From: Eledone cirrhosa
Taxonomy: Eukaryota
Length of the DNA stretch: 64,000 bases
NCBI GenBank assembly: GCA_964016885.1
Contig: OZ024742.1
Location: forward strand, 360,592,001 to 360,656,000
Direction: 5' to 3'
Both the position numbers and the translations under genes were made by a program. Below, piece by piece: positions 26,901-38,900 of this stretch. The notes under the pieces are model-generated. The model saw nothing but the letters and a program-made list of their open reading frames with translations. It searched no databases and was not told the DNA's origin. Numbering within the stretch: the stretch's first letter is position 1; every line of letters begins with the position of its first letter.

Positions 26901-29900
26901 GGGAAGAAGAGATAGTTCTAGAGAGAGGGGGAAGAAGAGATAGTTCTAGAGAGAGGGGGGAAGAAGAGATAGTTATAGAGAGAGGGGAGAAGAAGAGATA
27001 GTTCTAGATGGAACGGGAAGGAAACATAGTTCGAGAGGGAGGGGGAGGGAGTAGAGATAGTTCTAGAGAGAGGAGGAACAAGAGATAGTTCTAGAGAGAA
27101 AGAGAGAAGAAGAGATAGTTCTAGAGAGAGGGGGGATGTAGATATAGTTGCAGAGAGAGAGGGTAAAAGAGATAATTCTAGAGAGAGGGGGAAGAAGAGA
27201 TAGTTCTAGAGAGGGGGGGAACAAGAGATAGTTCTAGAGAGAGAGGGGAAGTAGATATAGTTCCAGAGAGAGAGGGGGAAAAGAAATAGTTCTAGAGAGA
27301 GGGGGGAAGAAGAGATAGTTCTAGAGAGAGAGGGAAGAAGAGATAGTTCTAGAGAGAGGGGAGAAGAAGTGATAGTTCTAGAGATGGGGGGTAGAAGAGA
27401 TAGTTCTAGAGAGAGGGGGAAGAAGAGATAGTTCTAGAGAGAGGGGGGAAGAAGAGATAGTTCTATTGAGTGAGGGAAGAAGAGAGTGTTCTAGAGAAAG
27501 AGGGAAGAGATAGTTCTAGAGAGAGGGGGAAGAAGAGATAGTTCTAGAGAGCGGGGGAAGAAGAGATAATTCTAGAGAGAGGGGGTAAGAAGAGATAGTT
27601 CTAGAGAGAGAGGGAAGAAGATATAGTTCTAGAGAGAAAGAGAGAAGAAGAGATAGTTCTAGAGAGAGGGGGGATGTAGATATAGTTCCAGAAAGAGAGA
27701 GTAAAAGAGATAATTCTAGAGAGAGGGGGTAAAGAGATAGTTCTAGAGAGAGGGGGAAGAAGAGATAGTTCTAGAGAGAGGGGGAAAAGAGTTAGTTCTA
27801 GAGAGAGGGCGAAGAAGAGATAGTTCTAGAGAGAGGGGGAAGAAGAGATAGTTCTAGAGAGAGGGGGAAGAAGAGATAGATCTAGAGAGAGGGGGAAGAA
27901 GAGATAGTTCTAGAGAGAGGGTGAGAAGAAGAGATAGTTCTAGAGAGGGGGGAATAAGAGATAGTTCTATAGAGGGGGGTAAGAAGAGATAGTTCTAGTG
28001 AGAGGGGTAAAAGAGATAGTTCTAGAGAGAGGGGGGAAGTAGATAAAGTTCTAGAGAGAGGGGGAAGAAGAGATAGTTCTAGAGAGAGGGGGTAGAAGAG
28101 ATAGTTCTAGAGAGAGGGGGAAGAAGAGATAGTTCTAGAGAGAGGGGGGAAGAAAAGATAGTTCTAGAGAGAAAGGTAGGGAGAAGAGATAGTTATATAT
28201 AGAGGGGAAGAAGAGATAGTTTTAGAGAGAGGGGGAAAGAAGAGATAGTTCTAGAGAGAGGGGGAAGAAGAGATAGTTTTAGAGAGAGGGGGAAAGAAGA
28301 GATAGTTCTAGAGAGAGGGGGATGAAGAGATAGTTCTAGTGAGAGGGAGGGAAGGGAGAGTTTGTTCTAGAGAGGGGGGAAGAAGAGTAGATCGAGAGAG
28401 GGGGAAGAAACTATAGTTCTACAGAGAGGGGGAAGATGAGATAGGTCTAGAGAGGGGGGAAGAAGAGACAGTTCTAGAGAGAGGGGGAAGAAGAGATAGT
28501 TCTAGAGACAGGGGGAAGAAGCGATATTTCTAGCGAGATGGGGGAGAAGAGATAGTTCTATAGAGAGGGGAGTGAGAGATAATTCTAGAGAGAGGGGGAA
28601 GAACAGATAGTTCTAGAGAGAGGGGTAAAAGTGATAGTTCTAGAGAGAGAGGGAAGTAGATATAGTTCTAAGAAGGGGGGAAGAAGAGATAGTTCTAGAG
28701 AGAGGGGGAAGAAGAGATAATTCTAGAGAGAGGGGGCAGAAGAGATAGTTCTAGAGAGAGGGGAACAAGAGATAGTTCTAGAGAGAGAGGGGAAGTAGAT
28801 AGTTCTAGAGAGTGGGGGGAAGAAGAGATAGTTCTAGAGAGGGGGGGGGGAATAAGAGATAGTTCTAGAGAGAGGGGGGAAGTAGATATAGTTCTAGAGA
28901 GAGGGGGAAGAAAAGATAATTCTAGAGAGAGGGGGGAAGTAGATATAGTTCCAGATAGAGAGGGGGAAAAGAAATAGTTCTAGAGAGAGGGGGGAAGAAG
29001 AGATAGTTGTAGAGAGACGTGTGAAGAAGAGATAGTTCTAGAGAGAGGGGGAAGAAGAGATAGTTCTAGAGAGACGGGTGAAGAAGAGATAGTTCTAGAG
29101 AGAGGGGGAAAGAAGAGAGTGTTCTAGAAAAAGAGGGAAGAGATAGTTCTACAGAGAGGGGGAAGAAGAGATAGTACTAGAGAGATGGGGGTGGGGAAGA
29201 AGAGATAGTTCTAGAGAGAGGGGGAAGAAGATATAGTTCTAGAGAGAGGGGGGCGGAGAAGATATAGTTCTAGAGAGAAGGGTGTAGAAGAGACAGTTCT
29301 AGAGAGAGGGGGGAAGAAGAGATAGTTCTAGAGAGAGGGGGAAGAAGAGATAGTTCTAGAGAGAGGGGGGAAGAAGAGATAGTTATAGAGAGAGGGGAGA
29401 AGAAGAGATAGTTCTAGATGGAACGGGAAGGAAACATAGTTCGAGAGGGAGGGGGAGGGAGTAGAGATAGTTCTAGAGAGAGGAGGAACAAGAGATAGTT
29501 CTAGAGAGAAAGAGAGAAGAAGAGATAGTTCTAGAGAGAGGGGGGATGTAGATATAGTTCCAGAGAGAGAGGGTAAAAGGGATAATTCTAGAGAGAGGGG
29601 GAAGAAGAGATAGTTCTAGAGAGGGGGGGAACAAGAGATAGTTCTAGAGAGAGAGGGGAAGTAGATATAGTTCCAGAGAGAGAGGGGGAAAAGAAATAGT
29701 TCTAGAGAGAGGGGGGAAGAAGAGATAGTTCTAGAGAGAGAGGGAAGAAGAGATAGTTCTAGAGAGAGGGGTGAAGAAGAGATAGTTCTAGAGAGAGGGG
29801 AGAAGAAGTGATAGTTCTAGAGATGGGGGGTAGAAGAGATAGTTCTAGAGAGAGGGGGAAGAAGAGAAAGTTCTAGAGAGAGGGGGGAAGAAGAGATAGT

Positions 29901-32900
29901 TCTATTGAGTGAGGGAAGAAGAGAGTGTTCTAGAGAAAGAGGGAAGGGATAGTTCTAGAGAGAGGGGGAAGAAGAGATAGTTCTAGAGAGCGGGGGAAGA
30001 AGAGATAATTCTAGAGAGAGGGGGTAAGAAGAGATAGTTCTAGAGAGAGAGGGAAGAAGATATAGTTCTAGAGAGAAAGAGAGAAGAAGAGATAGTTCTA
30101 GAGAGAGGGGGGATGTAGATATAGTTCCAGAAAGAGAGAGTAAAAGAGATAATTCTAGAGAGAGGGGGAAAAGAGTTAGTTCTAGAGAGAGGGGGAAGAA
30201 GAGATAGTTCTAGAGAGAGGGGGAAGAAGAGATAGTTCTAGAGAGAGGGGGAAGAAGAGATAGATCTAGAGAGAGGGGGAAGTAGAGATAGTTCTAGAGA
30301 GAGGGTGAGAAGAAGAGATAGTTCTAGAGAGGGGGGAATAAGAGATAGTTCTATAGAGGGGGGTAAGAAGAGATAGTTCTAGTTAGAGGGGTAAAAGAGA
30401 TAGTTCTAGAGAGAGGGGGGAAGTAGATAAAGTTCTAGAGAGAGGGGGAAGAAGAGATAGTTCTAGAGAGAGGGGGAAGAAGAGATAATTCTAGAGAGAG
30501 GGGGAAGAAGAGATAGTTCTAGAGAGAGGGGGAAGAAGAGATAGTTCTAGAGAGAGGGGGGAAGAAAAGATAGTTCTAGAGAGAAAGGTAGGGAGAAGAG
30601 ATAGTTATATATAGAGGGGAAGAAGAGATAGTTTTAGAGAGAGGGGGAAAGAAGAGATAGTTCTAGAGAGAGGGGGAAGAAGAGATAGTTTTAGAGAGAG
30701 GGGGAAAGAAGAGATAGTTCTAGAGAGAGGGGGATGAAGAGATAGTTCTAGTGAGAGGGAGGGAAGGGAGAGTTTGTTATAGAGAGGGGGGAAGAAGAGT
30801 AGATCGAGAGAGGGGGAAGAAACTATAGTTCTACAGAGAGGGGGAAGATGAGATAGGTCTAGAGAGGGGGGAAGAAGAGACAGTTCTAGAGAGAGGGGGA
30901 AGAAGAGATAGTTCTAGAGACAGGGGGAAGAAGCGATATTTCTAGCGAGAGGGGGGAGAAGAGATAGTTCTATAGAGAGGGGAGTGAGAGATAATTCTAG
31001 AGAGAGAGGGAAGAAGAGATAATTCTAGAGAGAGTGGGGAAGAAGAGATAGTTCTAGAGAGAGGGGTAAAAGAGTTAGTTCTAGAGAGAGGGGGGAAGTA
31101 GATATAGTTCTAGAGAGAGGGGGAAGAAGAGATAATTCTAGAGAGAGGGGGAAGTAGATGTAGTTCCAGATAGAGAGGGGTAAAAGAGATAGTTCTAGAG
31201 AGAGGGGGGAAGTAGATATAGTTCTAGAGAGAGGGGGAAGAAGAGATAATTCTAGAGAGAGGGGGGAAGTAGATAGAGTTCCAGATAGAGAAGGGGAAAA
31301 GAAATAGTTCTAGAGAGAGGGGGAAAAAGAGATAGTTCTAGAGAGTGGGGGGAAGAAGAGATAATTCTAGAGAGAGGGGGAAGAAGAGATAGTTCTAGAG
31401 AGAGATGTAAAAGAGATAGTTCTAGAGAGAGGGGGGAAGTAGATATAGTTCTAGAGAGAGGGGGAAGAAGAGATAATTCTAGAGAGAGGGGGAAGTAGAT
31501 ATAGTTCCAGATAGAGAGGGGGAAAAGAAATAGTTCTAGAGAGAGGGGGGAAGAAGAGATAATTCTAGAGAGAGGGGGAAGAAGAGTTAGTTCTAGAGAG
31601 GGGGGGGGGGGAATAATAGATAGTTCTAGAGAGAGGGGTAAAAGAGATAGTTCTAGAGAGAAGGGGAAGAAGTGATAGTTCTAGAGAGAGGGGGAAGAAG
31701 AGATAGTTCTAGAGAGAGTGGGAAGAAGAGATAGTTCTAGAGACAGGGGTCAAAGTGATAGTTCTAGAGAGAGGGGGGAAGTAGATATAGTTCTAGGAAG
31801 GGGGGAAGAAGAGATAGTTCTAGAGAGAGGGGGAAGAAGAGATAATTCTAGAGAGAGGGGGAAGAAGAGATAGTTCTAGAGAGGGGGGGGAATAAAAGAT
31901 AGTTCTAGAGAGAGGGGGAAAAGAGATAGTTCTAGAGAGCGGGGGAAGAATTGATAGTTCTAGAGAGAGGGGGAAGAAGAGATAGTTCTAGAGAGAGGGG
32001 GAAGAAGAGATAGTTCTAGAGAGAGGGGTAAAAGTGATAGTTCTAGAGAGAGAGGGAAGTAGATATAGTTCTAAGAAGGGGGGAAGAAGAGATAGTTCTA
32101 GAGAGAGGGGGAAGAAGAGATAATTCTAGAGAGAGGGGGAAGAAGAGATAGTTCTAGAGAGAGGGGAACAAGAGATAGTTCTAGAGAGAGAGGGGAAGTA
32201 GATAGTTCTAGAGAGTGGGGGGAAGAAGAGATAGTTCTAGAGAGGGGGGGAATAAGAGATAGTTCTAGAGAGAGGGGGAAAAGATATAGTTCTAGAGGGA
32301 GGGGTAAAAGAGATAGTTCTAGAGAGAGGGGGGAAGTAGATATAGTTCTAGAGAGAGGGGGAAGAAGAGATAATTCTAGAGAGAGGGGGGAAGTAGATAT
32401 AGTTCCAGATAGAGAGGGGGAAAAGAAATAGTTCTAGAGAGAGGGGGGAAGAAGAGATAGTTCTAGAGAGAGGGGGAAGAAGAGATAGTTCTAGAGAGAG
32501 GGGGATGAAGAGATAGTTCTAGAGAGAGGAGGGGAAGAAGAGATAGTTCTAGAGAGGGGGGGGATAAGACATAGTTCTAGAGAGAGGGGGAAAAGAGATA
32601 GTTCTAGAGAGAGGGGGAACAAGAGATAGTTCTAAAGGGAGGGGGGAAGAAGAGATAGTTGTAGAGAGACGTGTGAAGAAGAGATAGTTCTAGAGAGAGG
32701 GGGAAGAAGAGATAGTTCTAGAGAGACGGGTGAAGAAGAGATAGTTCTAGAGAGAGGGGGAAAGAAGAGATAGTTCTAGAGAGATGAAGAGATAGTTCTA
32801 GAGAGAGGGGTGAAGAAGAGATAGTTCTAGAGAGGAGGGTAGAAGAGATAGTTCTAGAGAGATGGGGAAGAAGAGATAGTTCCAGAGAGAGGGGAGGGAG

Positions 32901-35900
32901 AAGAGATAGTTCTATTGAGTGGGGGAAGAAGAGAGTGTTCTAGAAAAAGAGGGAAGAGATAGTTCTAGAGAGAGGGGGAAGAGGAGATAGTACTAGAGAG
33001 ATGGGGGTGAGGAAGAAGAGATAGCTCTAGAGAGAGGGGGAGAAGAGATAGTTCTAGAGAGCGGGGGAAGAAGAGATAGTTCTAGAGAGAAGGGGAAGAA
33101 GAGATAGTTCTAGAGAGAGGGGGGTAGAAGAGATAGTTCTATGGAGAGGGGGAATGTAGATATAGTTCCAGAGAGAGATGGTAAAAGAGATAATTCTAGA
33201 GAGAGGGGGAAGAAGAGATAGTTCTAGAGAGAGGGGAAAGAAGAGATAGTTCTAGAGAGAGGGGGAAAAGAGATAGTTCTAGAGAGAGAGGGGGAAGAAG
33301 AGATAGTTCTAGAGAGAGGGGGAAGAAGAGATAGTTCTAGAGAGAGAGGGAACAAGAGATAGTTCTAGAGAGAGGGGGGAAGAAGAGATAGTTCTAGAGA
33401 GGGGGGGGGGAATAAGACATAGTTCTAGAGAGAGGGCGAAAAGAGATAGTTCTAGAGAGAGGGGGAAGAAGTGATAGCTCTAGAGAGAGGGGGAAGAAGA
33501 GATAGTTCTAGAGAGACGGGGAAGAAGAGATAGTTCTAGAGAGAGGGGTAAAAGTGATAGTTCTAGAGAGAGGGGGGCAGTAGATATAGTTCTAGGAAGG
33601 GGGTAAGAAGAGATAGTTCTAGAGAGAGGGAGAAGAAGAGATAATTCTAGAGAGGGGGGAAGAAGAGATAGTTCTAGAGAGAGGGGGAAAAAGAGATAGT
33701 TCTAGAGAGAGAGGGGAAGCAGATATAGTTCCAGAGAGAGAGGGGGGAAAAAAATAGTTCTAAAGAGAGGGGGGAAGAAGAGATAGTTGTAGAGAGAGGG
33801 GGAAGAAGAGATAGTTCTAGAGAGAGGGGTGAAGAAGAGATACTTCTAGAGAGAGGGGGGAAGAAGCGATAGTTCTAGAGAGAGGGGTGAAGAAGAGATA
33901 GTTCTAGAGAGGGGGGTAGAAGAGATAGTTCTAGAGAGAGAGGGAAGAAGAGATAGTTCTAGAGAGAGGGGGGAAGAAGAGATAGTTCTATTGAGTGAGG
34001 GAAGAAGAGAGTGTTCTAGAGAAAGAGGGAAGAGATAGTTCTAGAGAGAGGGGGAAGAAGAGATAGTACTAGAGAGATGGGGATGGGGAAGAAGAGATAG
34101 TTCTAGAGAGAGGGGGTAAGAAGAGATAGTTCTAGAGAGAGGGGGAAGATATAGTTCTAGAGAGAGGGGGGGCGGAGAAGATATAGTTCTAGAGAGAGGG
34201 GTATAGAAGAGACAGTTCTAGAGAGAGGAGAGAAGAAGAGATAGTTCTAGAGAGAGGGGGAAGAACAGATAGTTCTAGAGAGAGCGGGATAGAAGAGATA
34301 GTTCTAGAGAGAGGGGAAGAAGAGATAGTTCTAGAGAGAGGGAGGAAGAAGAGATAGTACTAGAGAGAGGGGGAAGAAGAGATAGTTCTAGAGAGAGGGG
34401 GAAGAAGAGATAGTTCTAGAGAGAGGGGGGAAGAAGAGATAGTTCTAGAGGGAGGGGGGAAGAAGAGATAGTTATAGAGAGAGGGGAGAAGAAGAGATAG
34501 TGCTAGATGGAACGGGAAGGAGACATAGTTCTAGAGGGAGGGGGAGGGAGTAGAGATAGTTCTAGAGAGAGGAGGAACAAGAGATAGTTCTAGAGAGAAA
34601 GAGAGAAGAAGAGATAGTTCTAGAGAGAGGGTAAAAGAGATAATTCTAGAGAGAGGGGGAAGAAGAGATAGTTCTAGAGACAGGGGAAAGAAGAGATAGT
34701 TCTACAGAGAGGGGATAAGAAATAGTTCTAGAGAGAGGGGGAAGAAGAGATAGTTCTAGAGAGAGGGGGAAAAGAGTTAGTTCTAGAGAGGGGGATGAAG
34801 AGATAGTTCTAGAGAAAGGGGGAACAAGAGATAGTTCTAGAGAGAGGGGGAAGAAGAGATAGTTCTAGAGAGAGGGGGAGAAGTGATAGTTCTAGAGAGA
34901 GGGGGAGAAGAACATATAGTTCTAGAGAGGGGGCAATAAGAGATAGTTATATAGAGGGGGATGAAGAGATAGTTCTAGAGAGAGGGGGAAGAAGAGATAG
35001 TTCTAGAGAGAGGGGGAACAAGAGATAGTTCTAGAGAGAGAGGGTAAAAGAGATAATTCTAGAGAGAGGGGGAAGAAGAGATAGTTCTAGAGACAGGGGA
35101 AAGAGGAGATAGTTCTAGAGAGAGGTGGATAAGAGATAGTTCTAGAGAGAGGGGGAAGAAGAGATAGTTCTAGAGAGAGGGGGAAAAGAGTTAGTTCTAG
35201 AGAGGGGATGAAGAGATAGTTCTAGAGAGAGGGGGAAGAAGAGATAGTTCTAGAGAGAGGGGGAAGAAGAGATAGTTCTAGAGAGAGGGGGAGAAGTGAT
35301 AGTTCTAGAGAGAGGGGGAGAAGAACATATAGTTCTAGAGAGGGGGGGGAATAAGAGATAGTTCTAGAGAGAGGGCGAAAAGAGATAGTTCTAGAGAGAG
35401 GGGGAAGAAGTGATAGTTCTAGAGAGAGGGGGGAAGTAGATATAGTTCTAGGAAGGGGGAAAGAAGTGATAGTTCTAGAGAGAGGGGGAAGAAGAGATAA
35501 TTCTAGAGAGGGGGGAAGAAGAGATAGTTCTAGGGAGAGGGGGAAAAAGAGATAGTTCTAGAGAGAGAGGGGAAGCAGATATAGTTCCACAGAGCGAGGG
35601 GGAAAAGAAATAGTTCTAACGAGAGGGGGGAAGAAGAGATAGTTGTAGAGAGAGGGGGAAGAAGAGATAGTTCTAGAGAGAGGGGTGAAGAAGAGATAGT
35701 TCTAGAGAGAAGAAGAAATAGTTCTAGAGAGAGGGGTGAAGAAGAGATAGTTCTAGAGAGGGGGGTAGAAGAGATAGTCCTAGAGAGAGAGGGAAGAAGA
35801 GATAGTTCTAGAGAGAGGGGGGAAGAAGAGATAGTTCTATTGAGTGAGGGAAGAAGAGAGTGTTCTAGAGAAAGAGGGAAGAGATAGTTCTAGAGAGAGG

Positions 35901-38900
35901 GGGAAGAAGAGATAGTACTAGAGAGATGGGGGTGGGGAAGAAGAGATAGTTCAAGAGAGAGGGAGAAAAAGAGATAGTTCTAGAGACAGGGGAAAGAAGA
36001 GATAGTTCTAGAGAGAGGGGGATAAGAGATAGTTCTAGAGAGAGGGGGAAGAAGAGATAGTTCTAGAGAGAGGGGGAAAAGAGTTAGTTCTAGAGAGGGG
36101 GATGAAGAGATAGTTCTAGAGAGAGGGGGAACAAGAGATAGTTCTAGAGAGAGGGGGAAGAAGAGATAGTTCTAGAGAGAGGGGGAGAAGTGATAGTTCT
36201 AGAGAGAGGGGGAGAAGAACATATAGTTCTAGAGAGGGGGGAATAAGAGATAGTTATATAGAGGGGGATGAAGAGATAGTTCTAGAGAGAGGGGGAAGAA
36301 GAGATAGTTCTAGAGAGACGGGGAACAAGAGATAGTTCTAGAGAGAGGGGGGAAGAAGAGATAGTTCTAGAGAGGGGGGGGAATAAGAGATAGTTCTAGA
36401 GAGAGGGCGAAAAGAGATAGTTCTAGAGAGAGGAGGAAGAAGTGATAGTTCTAGAGAGAGGGGGAAGAAGAGATAGTTCTAGAGAGAGGGGGAAGAAGAG
36501 ATAGTTCTAGAGAGAGGGGTAAAAGTGATAGTTCTAGAGAGAGGGGGGAAGTAGATATAGTTCTAGGAAGGGGGTAAGAAGAGATAGTTCTAGAGAGAGG
36601 GGGAAGAAGAGATAATTCTAGAGAGGGGGGAAGAAGAGATAGTTCTAGAGAGAGGGGAAAAAGAGATAGTTCTAGAGAGAGAGGGGAAGCAGATATAGTT
36701 CCAGAGAGAGAGGGGGAAAAGAAATAGTTCTAAAGAGAGGGGGGAAGAAGAGATAGTTGTAGAGAGAGGGGGAAGAAGAGATAGTTCTAGAGAGAGGGGT
36801 GAAGAAGAGATAGTTCTAGAGAGAGGGGGGAAGAAGAGATAGTTCTAGAGAGAAGAAGAGATAGTTCTAGAGAGAGGGGTGAAGAAGAGATAGTTCTAGA
36901 GAGGGGGGTAGAAGAGATAGTTCTAGAGAGAGAGGGAAGAAGAGATAGTTCTAGAGAGAGGGGGGAAGAAGAGATAGTTCTATTGAGTGAGGGAAGAAGA
37001 GAGTGTTCTAGAGAAATAGGGAAGAGATAGTTCTAGAGAGAGGGGGAAGAAGAGATAGTACTAGAGAGATGGGGGTGGGGAAGAAGAGATAGTTCTAGAG
37101 AGAGGGGGTAAGAAGAGATAGTTCTAGAGAGAGGGGGAAGAAGATATAGTTCTAGAGAGAGGGGGGCGGAGAAGATATAGTTCTAGAGAGAGGAGTGTAG
37201 AAGAGACAGTTCTAGAGAGAGGAGAGAAGAAGAGATAGTTCTAGAGAGAGGGGAAAGAAGAGATAGTTCTAGAGAGAGCGGGATAGAAGAGATAGTTCTA
37301 GAGAGAGGGGGAAGAAGAGATAGTTCTAGAGAGAGGGGGGAAGAAGAGATAGTTCTAGAGAGAGGGGGGAAGAAGAGATAGTTATAGAGAGAGGGGAGAA
37401 GGGGAGATAGTTCTAGATAGAACGGGAAGGAGACATAGTCCTAGAGGGAGGGGGAGGGAGTAGAGATAGTTCTAGAGAGAGGAGGAACAAGAGATAGTTC
37501 TAGAGAGAGGGGGAAGAAGAGATAGTTCTAGAGAGAGGGGGGAGAAGAGATAGTTCTAGAGAGAGGGGGAGAAGAAGATATAGTTCTAGAGAGGGGGGTA
37601 AAAGAGATAGTTCTATAGAGAGGGGGGAAGTAGATATAGTTCTAGAGAGAGGGGGAAGAAGAGATAGTTCTAGAGAGAATGGGAAGAAGAGATAATTCTA
37701 GAGAGAGGGGGAAGAAGAGATAGATCTAGAGAGAGGGGGAAGAAGAGATAGTTCTAGAAAGAGGGGGAAGAAGAGATAGTTCTAGAGAGAAAGGTAGGGA
37801 GAAGAGATAGTTATATATAGAGGGGGGAGAAGAGATATTTCTAGAGAGAGTGGGGAAGAAGAGATAGTTGTAGAGAGAGGGGGGAAGAAGAGATAGTTCT
37901 AGAGAGAAGGGGAAGAAGAGACAGTTGTAAAGAGAGGGGGAAGAAGAGATGGTTCTAGAGACAGGGGGAAGAAGCGATATTTCTAGCGAGAGGGGGGAGA
38001 AGAGATAGTTCTATAGAGAGGGGAGTGAGAGATAATTCTAGAGAGAGGGGGAAGAACAGATAGTTCTAGAGAGAAGGGGAAGAGGAGATATTTCTAGAGC
38101 GAGGTGGGAAGAAGAGATAGTTCTAAAGAGAGGGGGAAGAAGAGATAGTTCTAGAGAGAGGGGAAAGAAGAGATAGTTCTAGAGAGAGGGGGGAAGAAGA
38201 GATAGTTCTAGAGAGAGAGGGGGGAAGAAGAGATAGTTATAGAGAGAGGGGGGAAGAAGAGATAGTTCTAGAGAGAGGGGAGAAGAAGAGATAGTTCTAG
38301 ATGGAACGGGAAGGAGACATAGTTCTAGAGGGAGGGGGAGGGAGTAGAGATAGTTCTAGAGAGAGGAGGAACAAGAGATAGTTCTAGAGAGAAAGAGAGA
38401 AGAAGAGATAGTTCTAGAGAGAGGGGGGATGTAGATATAGTTGCAGAGAGAGAGGGTAAAAGAGATAATTCTAGAGAGAGGGGGAAGAAGAGATAGTTCT
38501 AGAGACAGGGGAAAGAAGAGATAGTTCTAGAGAGAGGGGGATAAGAGATAGTTCTAGAGAGAGGGGGAAGAAGAGATAGTTCTAGAGAGAGGGGGAAAAG
38601 AGTTAGTTCTAGAGAGAGGGGGATGAAGAGATAGTTCTAGAGAGAGGGGGAACAAGAGATAGTTCTAGAGAGAGGGGGAAGAAGAGATAGTTCTAGAGAG
38701 AGGGGGGAGAAGAGATAGTTCTAGAGAGAGGGGGAGAAGAAGATATAGTTCTAGAGAGGGGGGAATAAGAGATAGTTATATAGAGGGGGGTAAGAAGAGA
38801 TAGTTCTAGAGAGAGGGGTAAAAGAGATAGTTCTATAGAGAGGGGGGAAGTAGATATAGTTCTAGAGAGCGGGGGAAGAAGAGATAGTTCTAGAGAGAAT

